DNA from: Cellvibrionales bacterium UBA1969
Lineage (GTDB): Bacteria > Pseudomonadota > Gammaproteobacteria > Pseudomonadales > UBA7434
NCBI GenBank assembly: GCA_002339085.1
Contig: DDDX01000073.1
Span: 563-46,453, forward strand
DNA length: 45,891 nucleotides
Direction: 5' to 3'
Shown here: positions 34,526 through 44,870 of the stretch, piece by piece
Position numbering within the stretch: position 1 is the stretch's first letter
Layout of the letters: each line of letters begins with the position of its first letter
Notes under the pieces: model-generated
The model's input: only the letters and a program-made list of their open reading frames with translations
Databases searched by the model: none
Told to the model about the DNA's origin: nothing
Position numbers and translations under genes: made by a program

Positions 34526-35467
34526 TTATCTGCTCTTCAGTGTGATTTTATGATTGGCTTGCCGACTAAAATATTGGCGTAGAATATCAAGTTCACAATC
34601 ATGGGTTTGTATATTAATTTGAATAATGCCTAACCTTTGTAGATTGTGGCTAATAAATGCATTGTGATCTAAAAATTGTTGTTTGAATTGTTCATTGAAG
34701 TACCGATTACTGGTATCAAATGAAACTTCTTTTTCGCCATTGCTGTATTGCTTGCCTGCATGATAGGGCAGCGCTGTCTCGAGCGGATCATTAATTTTGA
34801 TCGCAGTAATATCAACATGTTTTTTAATGCTGTGAAGGTGCTTGATACCAGACTCATTTAGGCCGATAAAATCACTGATGATAAATACATTACTACCCGG
34901 TTTGATTGTTTGTCTAAGCTCTTTGATGACGATATTAATTTTTTCTGGTTGATCTGCTTGTTTGAATTCGACAGCTTGATGATTGTAATCGTGAGAGGCG
35001 CGAAGTACCGATAAAACACTGGATTTATGCCGCTTAGGTTTTATTTCAGTGTGGTCGCTGTCATTAAAGATAAGACCGCCAATGCGATCATTTTGTGCTA
35101 AAGCTGACCAGCTTAATAGTGCGGCTATCTCAGCTGCCTGAACTGATTTAAAGCAATGGCGACTACCAAAGGCCATCGCTTGTCGCTGGTCGTTGACAAT
35201 AATCACCGGTCTTTCGCGCTCTTCGCTGTATAATTTAGTGTGGGCTTTGCCAGTGCGGGCGGTGACTCGCCAGTCAATTGATCGAATTTCATCGCCAGCT
35301 TGATACTGTCTTAGCTCTTCGAAATCGATGCCTCTGCCGCGAAATTGGGTGCTGATATTGCCAGTCAATTGGCTACGGGCTTTTTTGTTCGCCAATAAGC
35401 TTAGTTCGCCAGCCTGATGGCGAAGCTTGATCAGCGTGTTGAGGTTGCTTATCGCGCCTTTAGCCAT
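34526..35467 (-). CDS. DUF58-domain protein
   Basis: GRGIDFEELRQYQAGDEIRSIDWRVTAR, EERERP, IISDF. Confidence 0.92.
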   Translation of the reverse strand: MAKGAISNLNTLIKLRHQAGELSLLANKKARSQLTGNISTQFRGRGIDFEELRQYQAGDEIRSIDWRVTARTGKAHTKLYSEERERPVIIVNDQRQAMAFGSRHCFKSVQAAEIAALLSWSALAQNDRIGGLIFNDSDHTEIKPKRHKSSVLSVLRASHDYNHQAVEFKQADQPEKINIVIKELRQTIKPGSNVFIISDFIGLNESGIKHLHSIKKHVDITAIKINDPLETALPYHAGKQYSNGEKEVSFDTSNRYFNEQFKQQFLDHNAFISHNLQRLGIIQINIQTHDCELDILRQYFSRQANHKITLKSR

Positions 35468-35469
35468 AA

Positions 35470-36450
35470 TTAAGTAACGGGTACTTTGCTAATCAGATCG
35501 CTGATAACTTGGTCTTCGCTAATGCCATTGGCTTCAGCTTCGAAGCTGAGAATGATGCGATGGCGAAGCACGTCATAGGCAACCGCTTGCACATCGTCTG
35601 GACTGACAAAATCAGCACCTCGAAGCCATGCATTGGCTCTTGCGCATCGGTCCAGCGCAAGGGTTGCCCTTGGGCTAGCGCCGTACTCGAGAAGCTGGCT
35701 TAGCTTGGCATCATAGCGACCGGGTTCGCGAGTCGCTATCACTAACTGGACGATATACTCTTCGACCGCCTCAGACATGAATAGGGTTAATACTTGTTGG
35801 CGTGCCTGAAGAATATCGTGTTGTGTGATTTTTACGATGGCAGTTTCTGGCTGGCCATGATTTTGGTTGATTAGCTCGCTTCTCACCAGTTTTAAAATGT
35901 CACGTTCAGCGTTTTGGTCGGGATAGTCAACCACTATATGCAAAAGAAAGCGATCCAATTGTGCTTCAGGTAGGGGGTAGGTGCCTTCTTGTTCTATTGG
36001 GTTTTGGGTGGCCATAACAAGAAATAGAGGTTCGAGTGGGTAGGTAGTTTTCCCCACGCTCACTTGTCGCTCTGCCATGGCTTCAAGCAGCGCAGCCTGC
36101 ACTTTTGCTGGCGCTCGATTAATTTCATCGGCCAGCACTAAATTATGGAACATAGGACCTCTTTGAAATTCGAATTCACCTGTTTGCGGTCTGAAGATAT
36201 CCGTCCCCGTAATATCGCCCGGCAATAAGTCAGGGGTAAACTGTATGCGTTGAAAATTGGCCTCAATGTGATCGGCAAGGCTACGGATCGCTCGCGTCTT
36301 AGCCAGCCCTGGCGCACCCTCGACCAGCAGGTGCCCGTCTGCTAGTAGCGCAATGATAATTCGGTCTACTAATAAGGGTTGACCGAGGACGGTCTTTGTT
36401 AATTGATCGCGGAGTTGTGCGATTGCGCGGTTGGTTTGTGTATCAATCAT
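35470..36450 (-). CDS. moxR: MoxR-family AAA+ ATPase (MoxR proper)
   Basis: GAPGLAKT, RIQFTPDLLP, LADEINRA, ATQNPIEQEGTYPLPEAQLDRF. Confidence 0.95.
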   Translation of the reverse strand: MIDTQTNRAIAQLRDQLTKTVLGQPLLVDRIIIALLADGHLLVEGAPGLAKTRAIRSLADHIEANFQRIQFTPDLLPGDITGTDIFRPQTGEFEFQRGPMFHNLVLADEINRAPAKVQAALLEAMAERQVSVGKTTYPLEPLFLVMATQNPIEQEGTYPLPEAQLDRFLLHIVVDYPDQNAERDILKLVRSELINQNHGQPETAIVKITQHDILQARQQVLTLFMSEAVEEYIVQLVIATREPGRYDAKLSQLLEYGASPRATLALDRCARANAWLRGADFVSPDDVQAVAYDVLRHRIILSFEAEANGISEDQVISDLISKVPVT

Positions 36451-36773
36451 AGTATTTTCTATCGTTGGTCGATGTTTGTTTGAGCTGCGTTGCTAGGCGA
36501 TTTCACCAATGGGTCAGATAGCCTGTATTATCTGTCAGTCATTTAAAGGCTCCTCTAACTATGAGTCTATTGTATATAAAGAATCTTTTTTTTTATAGCA
36601 AATAGGGCTACTAGCTGGTTAAATATTTGATGTGTTTTTTGACAATTAGTTGGCAGAAAGTTCCCTTAGATCTGATTAATGATCAATTACAAAACGTCAT
36701 TAAATGAACTTGTTGATGGTTTTTGTTCGGGTTACGCTAAGAGCGTTTATTTTAGCGTATTACAGGATCGTTA

Positions 36774-37025
36774 ATGGTTAACAAGTTAACTGAAACTGAT
36801 GGGGTCGCTGAGCAATATATTGTTGAGTTGGCTATTTCGAAACAAGAATTGCTAAAGTATTATCGTGGTGCTGCCAGCCAAATTTCAGCTGTAGCTACTG
36901 ACGGCCAAACAATCCTTTTTCCGGTGACAGCTATTCAGCCTTTTGTCACTCACGAGGGCGTGTTTGGTCGTTTTCAGCTGCAGGTTAATAGTCAGGGCCG
37001 GTTATTAAAGATTAGTTTGCAGTAA
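36774..37025 (+). CDS. Small protein resembling the DUF2835 family
   Basis: LKYYRGAA...DG..I.FP....PFVTHEGVFGRF pattern. AGGA RBS. Confidence 0.75.
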   Translation: MVNKLTETDGVAEQYIVELAISKQELLKYYRGAASQISAVATDGQTILFPVTAIQPFVTHEGVFGRFQLQVNSQGRLLKISLQ

Positions 37026-37033
37026 TTGATTAC

Positions 37034-37062
37034 TTGCATGATGACGTCTCTTTCGCCATAAT
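37034..37062 (+). promoter_or_regulatory. Sigma70 promoter of ffs, TTGCAT-N17-CATAAT
   Basis: Good consensus with 17-nt spacer, followed by a GC-rich discriminator (CCCGCC) typical of stable-RNA promoters. Confidence 0.7.
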
Positions 37063-37095
37063 CCCGCCTCTGTAGTCCATGCTACTGACTGTTAT

Positions 37096-37211
37096 GGTGG
37101 CCCCAGCGGGTTCCCTCGCAATGATAGGCAGTGAACTCCGCCAGGCCTGGAAGGGAGCAACGGTAATTGCTGATTCGTGTGCCGAGGTGTGGCTGGTTGG
37201 GGTTCACCACC
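37096..37211 (+). ncRNA. ffs: SRP RNA (4.5S RNA)
   Basis: Domain IV motif CAGGCCTGGAAGGGAGCA with GGAA loop, closing stem GGTGGCCCCA/TGGGGTTCACC. Position upstream of dnaX. Ends approximate. Confidence 0.93.
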
Positions 37212-37379
37212 AATTTCCTGATAAGATGAGATTTAGGCCTTAAATAGGCGAATTCACTGCGTTTTATTTTCTTAAAGGTGTATAATTCCCTCTCATTAAT
37301 GATATCTTAGGCCAGTGCCATCAAAGCTATTTTTTTGCTGTTATGGTGGGCCTTGAATGAAATCTCTGCGGTTAATCAT

Positions 37380-39254
37380 ATGTCTTATCAAGTGCTGGCG
37401 AGAAAATGGCGCCCGCAATCTTTTGAAGCTTTAGTGGGTCAATCTCACGTTCTAAAAGCCCTCTCGAATGCCTTAAATCAAGGCAGACTTCATCACGCGT
37501 ATTTGTTGACGGGCACTCGTGGTGTTGGTAAGACAACTATCGCTAGAATCCTAGCGCGATGCTTTAATTGCGACAAGGGCGTGTCTGCCTCACCTTGTGG
37601 TGTCTGTGCCAGTTGTCTTGAAATTAACGAAGGTCGCAGTGTCGATCTCATCGAGGTTGATGCCGCATCAAGAACCAAAGTTGAGGACACGCGTGAGTTA
37701 TTAGACAACGTTCAATATGCGCCGACGCAATCTCGCTATAAAATTTATTTGATTGATGAAGTTCATATGCTATCTAATCATAGTTTTAACGCACTTCTTA
37801 AGACCTTAGAGGAACCGCCACCACATGTAGTATTTTTATTTGCTACCACGCATCCGCAAAAAATACCGCCAACAGTTTTGTCCCGATGTTTGCAGTTTCA
37901 CTTGAAGAATTTAACGGCCGATTTAATCGTCGAGCATTTAAAGGTTGTATTTGATGCTGAGTCTGTCGATTATGATGATGAGGGTTTATGGGCAATTGCT
38001 AGAGCAGGGCAAGGGAGTATGCGTGATTCTTTAAGTCTCTCAGACCAAGCTATAGCTTTTGGCGGTGGTAATGTGACAGGCCAAGGCGTCAATGACATGT
38101 TGGGCACTATTGATCAAGAAGTACTGACTCAATTGCTGGCTGCTGTGGTCATCAATGATGCAGCGCAAGCATTGACGATAATTGCTGAATATGCCCAAAA
38201 ATCGCCAGATTTTCTTGGCTTAGTTGATGAACTATTAAAGCTAGTGCACCGCATAGTGGTTGAACAGGCCGTGCCTAGCGCGGGCAGCGAAGGGCAATTG
38301 AATCGTCAATTCATTCAACAATATGCAACGCTCATAACGCCTGAGAATTTACAGCTCTATTATCAGAGCCTATTAATCGGTAAGCGTGATTTACCAATGG
38401 CGCCTGACCCTTTGACGGGAATGGAAATGATCATTATGCGCTTATTTGCGTTTCAGCTTGCGCCGCTTGATCGCACTGATCAGGCCGATATTGTTAGGGC
38501 AGAGTCGGTAGCTGTAGTTGATTCTCAAAAAAAAAAACCAATAACTGAAAATGTTGAAGCTAAGCGCTCATCTGAGCTTCAAGTAGATGATTCAATATCT
38601 GCTGATGCGCCGATGCAGAGCCCTGTTGATGAGCTTAAAACGCAAATAGAGTCAAAAGGTATTTCTTCTGGCGATTCAAGTGTTCAATCTCAAGGCTCCA
38701 AGCCTTTGAATATTGAGTTAGCTTCGACGCCACTTGAGCAAGCTAATAGTGACGCTGATGGAATACCTTTGCCTTCAGTTGATGTGTCAGATACCTCTAC
38801 AGGATCTACTAAGACACCTGATATTGAGGCGTTAACGCCGGCTGTTTGGTGCCAGATTTTTTCTGCTATCCCTTTAAGTGGAGTAGTAAGAACCGTTGCC
38901 TCATACTGTGTACCCATTAATTTTCTGACCGCAGGTGATCAGCTGAAGGTATGCATTGAATTTGCTCTGGATGAAAGTAATGCCACTTTATTTAATCCAG
39001 ATCATAATGAGCGGCTGGCGCAGGGTCTGTCGATTTATTTTTCTCGTCCCGTCGATGTTACTATTTCGCTGGTGGGTGATTGGTCATCACTTAATCTTGA
39101 TGAGGCTGATGAGGCGCCTGCAGAATATCGAACTAGGATGCGGTCTGAAGCTCAGGGGGAAGCGTTAGATTCATTAAAAAAAGATCAAAATGTTGAAACG
39201 ATTATGGCCGCTTTTGATGCGGAAATGGACATAGACTCAGTTAAACCACTGTAA
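37380..39254 (+). CDS. dnaX: DNA polymerase III tau/gamma subunit
   Basis: MSYQVLARKWRP, GTRGVGKTT, IDEVHML, FNALLKTLEEPP. ATG 37380. Confidence 0.98.
   Translation: MSYQVLARKWRPQSFEALVGQSHVLKALSNALNQGRLHHAYLLTGTRGVGKTTIARILARCFNCDKGVSASPCGVCASCLEINEGRSVDLIEVDAASRTKVEDTRELLDNVQYAPTQSRYKIYLIDEVHMLSNHSFNALLKTLEEPPPHVVFLFATTHPQKIPPTVLSRCLQFHLKNLTADLIVEHLKVVFDAESVDYDDEGLWAIARAGQGSMRDSLSLSDQAIAFGGGNVTGQGVNDMLGTIDQEVLTQLLAAVVINDAAQALTIIAEYAQKSPDFLGLVDELLKLVHRIVVEQAVPSAGSEGQLNRQFIQQYATLITPENLQLYYQSLLIGKRDLPMAPDPLTGMEMIIMRLFAFQLAPLDRTDQADIVRAESVAVVDSQKKKPITENVEAKRSSELQVDDSISADAPMQSPVDELKTQIESKGISSGDSSVQSQGSKPLNIELASTPLEQANSDADGIPLPSVDVSDTSTGSTKTPDIEALTPAVWCQIFSAIPLSGVVRTVASYCVPINFLTAGDQLKVCIEFALDESNATLFNPDHNERLAQGLSIYFSRPVDVTISLVGDWSSLNLDEADEAPAEYRTRMRSEAQGEALDSLKKDQNVETIMAAFDAEMDIDSVKPL
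38527..38548 (+). other. Probable programmed slippage/frameshift site of dnaX
   Basis: A11 run followed by TAA (+1 frame, 38542) and TGA (-1 frame, 38546). Confidence 0.75.
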
Positions 39255-39271
39255 AAAAATAGGAATAAAAA

Positions 39272-39592
39272 ATGAAAGGCTTAGACAGTATCATGCAACA
39301 GGCGCAAAAAATGCAAGAAAAAATGCAGCAGGCGCAGTCTGAGATAGCGCAATTAGAGCTTGTTGGTGAGGCTGCTGCAGGCTTGGTTAAAGTTACAATG
39401 ACGGGTCGACATGATGTTAAATCAGTCTCTATTGATCAATCATTGATGACTGAGAAAAAAGATTTATTAGAGGATCTTTTGGCGGCAGCAGTGAACGATG
39501 CCGTTTTAAAAGTGGAAAAGAGTCAGAAACAACATATGTCAAGCTTAACGGGCGGCATAAACCTTCCTGAAGGATTTAAAATGCCTTTTTAG
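39272..39592 (+). CDS. ybaB: YbaB/EbfC nucleoid-associated protein
   Basis: [29 protein letters not shown]. dnaX-ybaB-recR order. Confidence 0.97.
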   Translation: MKGLDSIMQQAQKMQEKMQQAQSEIAQLELVGEAAAGLVKVTMTGRHDVKSVSIDQSLMTEKKDLLEDLLAAAVNDAVLKVEKSQKQHMSSLTGGINLPEGFKMPF

Positions 39593-39642
39593 TTAAGCTA
39601 AGCTTTTATAGATCGTTTCCCATTTATTTAGAATTTATATAT

Positions 39643-40239
39643 ATGTCACATAGCCCTTTAATACAAAAATTAATCGATGCATTTTGTTGTTTGCCAGGTG
39701 TTGGTCCCAAATCTGCACAACGCATGGCAATGCATCTGTTAGAACGGCAGCGCGAAGCAGCTTTGAATCTTTCAAAAGTCCTTGCAGAAGCCGTCGAGCG
39801 GGTTAGTCGTTGCAGTCGATGCAGAATTTTGACTGAAGATGAAACATGCCATATATGCCTTTCTCCTCGACGTGATGATGCTATACTGTGTGTGGTTGAA
39901 AATCCCAGTGACGTTTTTGCTATTGAGCATAGTGGTGAATACCGAGGCAAATATTTCGTTTTATTAGGCCATTTGTCACCGATAGACGGTATTGGCCCAG
40001 AGCAAATTGGCATTGTCGACTTGTTGGATAGAATTGCTAGTGAAGGTATAGAGGAAGTTATTTTAGCGACTAGCACTACTGTAGAGGGGGAGGCGACGGC
40101 TTTTTATATTGCAGAACAGCTTTCGGATCAAGAGATTACTGTTAGTCGTATTGCGCATGGAGTGCCATTAGGGGGTGAACTGGAATTTGTAGACGGCGGC
40201 ACTATTGCAAGAGCATTAACAGGTAGGTTGCAGTTTTGA
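39643..40239 (+). CDS. recR: Recombination mediator RecR
   Basis: [12 protein letters not shown]4 zinc finger, [20 protein letters not shown]. Confidence 0.98.
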   Translation: MSHSPLIQKLIDAFCCLPGVGPKSAQRMAMHLLERQREAALNLSKVLAEAVERVSRCSRCRILTEDETCHICLSPRRDDAILCVVENPSDVFAIEHSGEYRGKYFVLLGHLSPIDGIGPEQIGIVDLLDRIASEGIEEVILATSTTVEGEATAFYIAEQLSDQEITVSRIAHGVPLGGELEFVDGGTIARALTGRLQF

Positions 40240-41381
40240 CAGATGATAAAAAAATTAATGCAAATTTTTTAATGATCGACAATGATGACTTGCTAGGTAA
40301 AATGATTAACTCATGCATGAGTCAATCATGTATTGCATTGGATACTGAGTTTATTCGAACCGATACATTCTATCCCAAGCCTGCATTGATTCAAATATAT
40401 GATGGGCAGCAAATTTATCTAGTTGACCCATTAAAAATTAAAAACATAATGCCGTTAAAAGAGTTGTTGTTAGCGCCTACTTTGATCAAGGTTATGCACA
40501 GTTGCAGTGAAGATATGGACGTTTTTTCACGTCTTTTAGATTGTTACCCCCAACCTTTAATTGATACTCAAGTGGCAGCCAATTTAATAGGCCATGATTT
40601 TTCTATCAGTTATCAACGTTTGATTGAAGTGACATTAGGCGAGGTACTTGATAAAACTGAAACGCGTTCTAACTGGTTAAATCGACCGTTGAGTGCCCAG
40701 CAGTTGGAGTACGCTGCCAATGATGTTTTTTGGCTTTTAGATGCTTATCATGCGTTAATTGAAAATCTTCAAAAATTAGACCGTTTAACATGGTTGCAGC
40801 AAGACTGTGAGGCATTAGTTAATCGACATAAGGATGGACAAAACTTTAATCAGTATTATTTAAAAGTAAAGTCAGCATGGCGCTTATCGCGTTCTGAATT
40901 GAACGTTTTTAAATCACTTTGTGCTTGGCGTGAATCCAGCGCGCGCCAACAGAATAGACCCAGAGGTCGTCTTTTATCTGATGGTACAATGTTTATCCTA
41001 GCGCAACATCGGCCAAAGACGGTGCATGATTTAAGTCAAGTAAAAGGTATAAATCCGGCGGTTATGCGCAAATATGGCGAACATATTTTATCTGTTATTA
41101 GTTTGGCCAATGATTGTCCTGAAGAGGAGTATCCGCCTCTTATGTTTAATGGCAACAGTCTACGTGTTAAGCAATCGCTCAAAGAGATAAAGTCGGTTGT
41201 GGCCTCAGCGGCTATTAATCTGGGCGTCCAAGAAGCAGTTATTGCCTCAAGAAAAGATATGGAAAGTTATTTATCTTCCGCGGCTCCGTCGGATGAAACC
41301 TTAGGTCGCGGTTGGCGAGGCGAAATTTTATCGCCAGCGCTTCATAAGATTGCTAAAAATTATCGTCAAGCTCAAGTTTAG
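40236..41381 (+). CDS. rnd: Ribonuclease D
   Basis: [26 protein letters not shown]...YAANDV, HRDC domain. TTGA overlap with the recR stop. Confidence 0.95.
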   Translation: MTDDKKINANFLMIDNDDLLGKMINSCMSQSCIALDTEFIRTDTFYPKPALIQIYDGQQIYLVDPLKIKNIMPLKELLLAPTLIKVMHSCSEDMDVFSRLLDCYPQPLIDTQVAANLIGHDFSISYQRLIEVTLGEVLDKTETRSNWLNRPLSAQQLEYAANDVFWLLDAYHALIENLQKLDRLTWLQQDCEALVNRHKDGQNFNQYYLKVKSAWRLSRSELNVFKSLCAWRESSARQQNRPRGRLLSDGTMFILAQHRPKTVHDLSQVKGINPAVMRKYGEHILSVISLANDCPEEEYPPLMFNGNSLRVKQSLKEIKSVVASAAINLGVQEAVIASRKDMESYLSSAAPSDETLGRGWRGEILSPALHKIAKNYRQAQV

Positions 41382-41395
41382 CTAATAAATGGTAG

Positions 41396-41713
41396 GTGAG
41401 GCTTCTGTTGAAGATCATTTGTAAGATTTATCGAAGTGAGCGTCAGCAGGGAGCTTATTTATTTACTTGCCTCGACCAGGGTCTCGATGCCGTGCCAGTA
41501 TCACTTAAAACAAAATTACAACCATTAGTTGAAGCGATGACACTGGTACTACAGCCAGGTAGATCGTTAGCCAATGCTGATATTGATAAGGTTTTATCCT
41601 CACTGGATGAAACTGGCTTTTATTTACAAATGCCGCCGGCACATTCTGAAAGCAACAGTAAGCAAGCCTCTAGAAAAGATAGTTCTCCTTTAGCAGCTAG
41701 TCATGATTATTGA
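41396..41713 (+). CDS. ycgL: YcgL-domain protein
   Basis: CKIYRS...YL, LANAD..KV, GFYLQMPP. Confidence 0.88.
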   Translation: MRLLLKIICKIYRSERQQGAYLFTCLDQGLDAVPVSLKTKLQPLVEAMTLVLQPGRSLANADIDKVLSSLDETGFYLQMPPAHSESNSKQASRKDSSPLAASHDY

Positions 41714-42149
41714 GCCATTTTGGCTTGATAGAGCTTTAGAGTCATTTTCCATTCAAGAGTGGGAAAGTCTATGTGATGGTTGTGGCAAGTGTTGTCTGCA
41801 TAAGTTAGAGGACTCGCAGAGTGGGAGAGTCACCTACACTCGTGTTTCATGTCAGTTGCTGGATACAAGTGTTTGCAAGTGTAAGGATTATCTCCAGCGG
41901 CAATCAAAGGTAAAAGATTGTTTGCAGGTTACGCCAGCGATGGCAAAAAATGGTGACTCTCTGCCTAACACTTGTGCTTATCGCTTAATCGCTCAAGGCG
42001 TTGATCTACCTGAGTGGCACCCCTTAAAAACCGGTGATAAGGCCTCAACCGTAAAACAAGGGAAAAGCGTTGCAAATCGAGTGCTCAGCGAAATCTATGT
42101 GCATCCTGATGGTCTTGATGAGCATGTCATCAGCTGGGTTAAAGCGTGA
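41703..42149 (+). CDS. ycgN: YcgN-family cysteine cluster protein
   Basis: EWESLCDGCGKCCLHKLED, LPNTCAYR, WHPL. Confidence 0.92.
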   Translation: MIIEPFWLDRALESFSIQEWESLCDGCGKCCLHKLEDSQSGRVTYTRVSCQLLDTSVCKCKDYLQRQSKVKDCLQVTPAMAKNGDSLPNTCAYRLIAQGVDLPEWHPLKTGDKASTVKQGKSVANRVLSEIYVHPDGLDEHVISWVKA

Positions 42150-42190
42150 TATTTGACTGACAATTGACAGACTTTTAGCGAGCTTAACTA

Positions 42191-42526
42191 ATGACTGGCT
42201 TAACGGCAACGATGATAATTTGGTTAATTTATAATGTGGCGGTAACCTCGCTGATTGTTTTTTTATGGCGCTCTTTGCATGTATTATTCACGCCACTTTT
42301 ACGCAATCTATTGACTGTCACATTATTAATTTGGTTGCTAATTCCGAGTCAGGTGCCTTCTCAAGAATCGTTTGCGCCCAGTTGGTTGATTGTTATTTTT
42401 GAGTCGGGGCTGGGTCATGGTACTGTTGCTTGGCAAACCGCCGAGCCATTATTGTATTTTTGGCTGCTGTCCTGCCTAGCTACTTTTTTACACTATTATT
42501 TTAGGCGCCACTTATCTGATCAATAG
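42191..42526 (+). CDS. Small hypothetical membrane protein
   Basis: 111-aa ORF with about 3 hydrophobic segments, co-directional, filling the gap. Confidence 0.7.
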   Translation: MTGLTATMIIWLIYNVAVTSLIVFLWRSLHVLFTPLLRNLLTVTLLIWLLIPSQVPSQESFAPSWLIVIFESGLGHGTVAWQTAEPLLYFWLLSCLATFLHYYFRRHLSDQ

Positions 42527-42640
42527 GTTTCGGTAATTATTTTTATCTTTGCTATGCTTATATTAGTTTCATTAACAGGCCACAAGCCTTAATGATGGTT
42601 TTGTTATTTGCTGAGCGGTCAAATCCGAGAACCACCTACC

Positions 42641-44590
42641 ATGAAAATATCTAAACTGCAGACTATTTCTTCTTTTCTTTCGGCACTTACTATTTGTTAT
42701 ATTTTTACGCTAGTTTTTTTTCCTATTGATGCCCATGCCGACAAAGAAAGTGATTTTAGAGTATTAGTTGATGTCTCTGGTAGTATGAAGCAAAGCGATC
42801 CAAGTGATATGCGGCAGCCAGCCGTTGATTTATTGATTCGGCTGGCACCAGAGAAAAGTTTAATGGGTATTTGGACCTTTGGTCAACATGTGGATATGTT
42901 AGTTCCCCATCGTAGAATATCAAAAAATTGGCGCGATTTTTCATCATCTCAGGTTGATCATATCCACTCTTCTGCAATACGAACCAACATTGGCTTAGCC
43001 TTAGAAATGATGTTGGCAGAAGAAAATGTTCATGTTGCTAAAAATAGAAGTGACACTGAAAAAACTGTTCTGTTACTAACTGATGGAGTGGTTGACATTT
43101 CACCCGATGTTCAGAGCAATGAGAAGGAGCGATTGAGAATTATCGAGCAGTTATTACCTGAATTGCAAAATTCTGGTTTGACGATTCATACTATCGCCTT
43201 ATCAGAAAATGCTGATCAAGCATTGTTAAAGCAATTGTCGCTTGCGACCGATGGGGTGTTCACTGTAGCAGAAAGTGCAGACCAACTCACATCAGTGTTT
43301 TTATCTGTCTTTGATTTATCATTTCCCGTTAGTCGCATACCAATTGATAATCAGGGCTTCTTGATCGATAGTGGTGCTGATGAATTTACTTTGCTGGTTA
43401 TTGGAGGAGACCATGCGTCTTTACAGTTAAAAAATCCATTAGGTTTTAGCATAAATGCAAGCAATGAATTATCCAACGTGAATTGGTTTTCATCATCCGA
43501 CTACAGTTTAATCACGGTTTCACAGCCTGAAATAGGGAAATGGTTTGTTGATAGGGGTCTAACACAGCAGGCGCGGGTATCCATAGTCAGTGATGTTTCT
43601 TTACGACTCAGTGATATTGCAAATAATATTTATCCACGTACAGCAATGGTTATTGATGCTGTTCTAACTGAGACTGGCCATCCTATCGACGAACAGAAGC
43701 TTATAGAATTAATAATGGTTGATTATCGTTTACGAAACCCTAGCGGCGACATTGTTGAAGGGAAATTTTCATTGCTAGATGAGAATAAAGCGCACTATCA
43801 AGCCGCTTTTGATGATCTCACTCAGCGAGGTAGTTATCAGTTAACTGTCACTGCGAGGACGGATACATTTCATCGCCAGCAGATTAAATCTTTTATCGTG
43901 CATGACTCATTTTATGTTGATTTCTCAGTGGATAATACAACGCAAACTTTATCGCTTGAGGTTCTAATTATAGACCCTTCTATTATAGGACAGAAAATAG
44001 ACCTCAGTGTGATGGTCGAAACAGGCAATGAGATTATTGAAGAGGTTTCATTGACGCAAAAAAATAATGGCAGTTGGTCTTATACATCGTCCTGGCTTGA
44101 AGGCGGTAATTATTCATTACGATTACAGGCTCATGCATCAGACGCCCTATTGGAGCTGAATGAGTTTGAGGCGGCCAACTTAAGCTTTTCAATAGAGGGG
44201 GAAGAAATATTAACGCCCATTAGCGATGTTGCTCAAGACCAAGATGACGACGATCGTAGCAACGCTGAAGAAGGTGTGTTTTCTAAAAATATATGGTTTT
44301 TTTCACTATTAACCTTGGCTAATGCGGCCCTGATTGCCATTTTTTTGGTTATTTATCGTCGTTATTTTATATTCTCAGAGAGAAGCCGAGCGGCCGAGAC
44401 TAATGACGAAGGTCTATTAGATGTGAAAAATCAAGATGAAGAAAATCAAGCGGTTGTCAGTCATAAAGATGTTGATATGGATACGATTAATCCATCGTTG
44501 GTGTCTGAGGTAAATGATATCGACAGTGATTTTGATATTAGTCAAAGTTATGATACTAACGAAGATAGCGACAATAATGGCGGTAGATAA
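42641..44590 (+). CDS. Exported vWA-domain protein with C-terminal membrane anchor and acidic tail
   Basis: Signal peptide ending AHA, MIDAS DVSGS...T...LLTDG, beta-rich middle, TM segment near the C-terminus, D/E-rich tail. Confidence 0.85.
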   Translation: MKISKLQTISSFLSALTICYIFTLVFFPIDAHADKESDFRVLVDVSGSMKQSDPSDMRQPAVDLLIRLAPEKSLMGIWTFGQHVDMLVPHRRISKNWRDFSSSQVDHIHSSAIRTNIGLALEMMLAEENVHVAKNRSDTEKTVLLLTDGVVDISPDVQSNEKERLRIIEQLLPELQNSGLTIHTIALSENADQALLKQLSLATDGVFTVAESADQLTSVFLSVFDLSFPVSRIPIDNQGFLIDSGADEFTLLVIGGDHASLQLKNPLGFSINASNELSNVNWFSSSDYSLITVSQPEIGKWFVDRGLTQQARVSIVSDVSLRLSDIANNIYPRTAMVIDAVLTETGHPIDEQKLIELIMVDYRLRNPSGDIVEGKFSLLDENKAHYQAAFDDLTQRGSYQLTVTARTDTFHRQQIKSFIVHDSFYVDFSVDNTTQTLSLEVLIIDPSIIGQKIDLSVMVETGNEIIEEVSLTQKNNGSWSYTSSWLEGGNYSLRLQAHASDALLELNEFEAANLSFSIEGEEILTPISDVAQDQDDDDRSNAEEGVFSKNIWFFSLLTLANAALIAIFLVIYRRYFIFSERSRAAETNDEGLLDVKNQDEENQAVVSHKDVDMDTINPSLVSEVNDIDSDFDISQSYDTNEDSDNNGGR

Positions 44591-44602
44591 ATCTCACTCA
44601 TC

Positions 44603-44624
44603 GAATTGAAAATAGTTTCAATTC
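44603..44624. other. Perfect 9-bp inverted repeat GAATTGAAA-ATAG-TTTCAATTC (weak terminator or operator)
   Basis: Directly visible, 12 nt after the stop of the vWA gene. Confidence 0.45.
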
Positions 44625-44870
44625 CCTTGCCCCAGATAATTTTTGTAAACCTTAATCATTTGCGGAGTAAGACTTATTAAATATTGCTGCGGATATGGCT
44701 TTTTAGGTCATTAATTTTTCGCCCGGGTTTATTTTGCAATTGTAGGTTTTTTCTTAGCTGATAAATTGATTATTGTGATTGTTTTGCCTAATAATAAATT
44801 AACCTTATGTATTTTCTTTCGAATGAAGTTCATAAGCGTCAATAATGATGAAATTAATGGATAAGTTATT

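Noticed and set aside
39624-40076. Long antisense ORFs (this one, 21140..21652, 32112..32549 and the other short overlapping ORFs)
   Set aside because: They are shadows of well-supported genes with no recognisable motifs.
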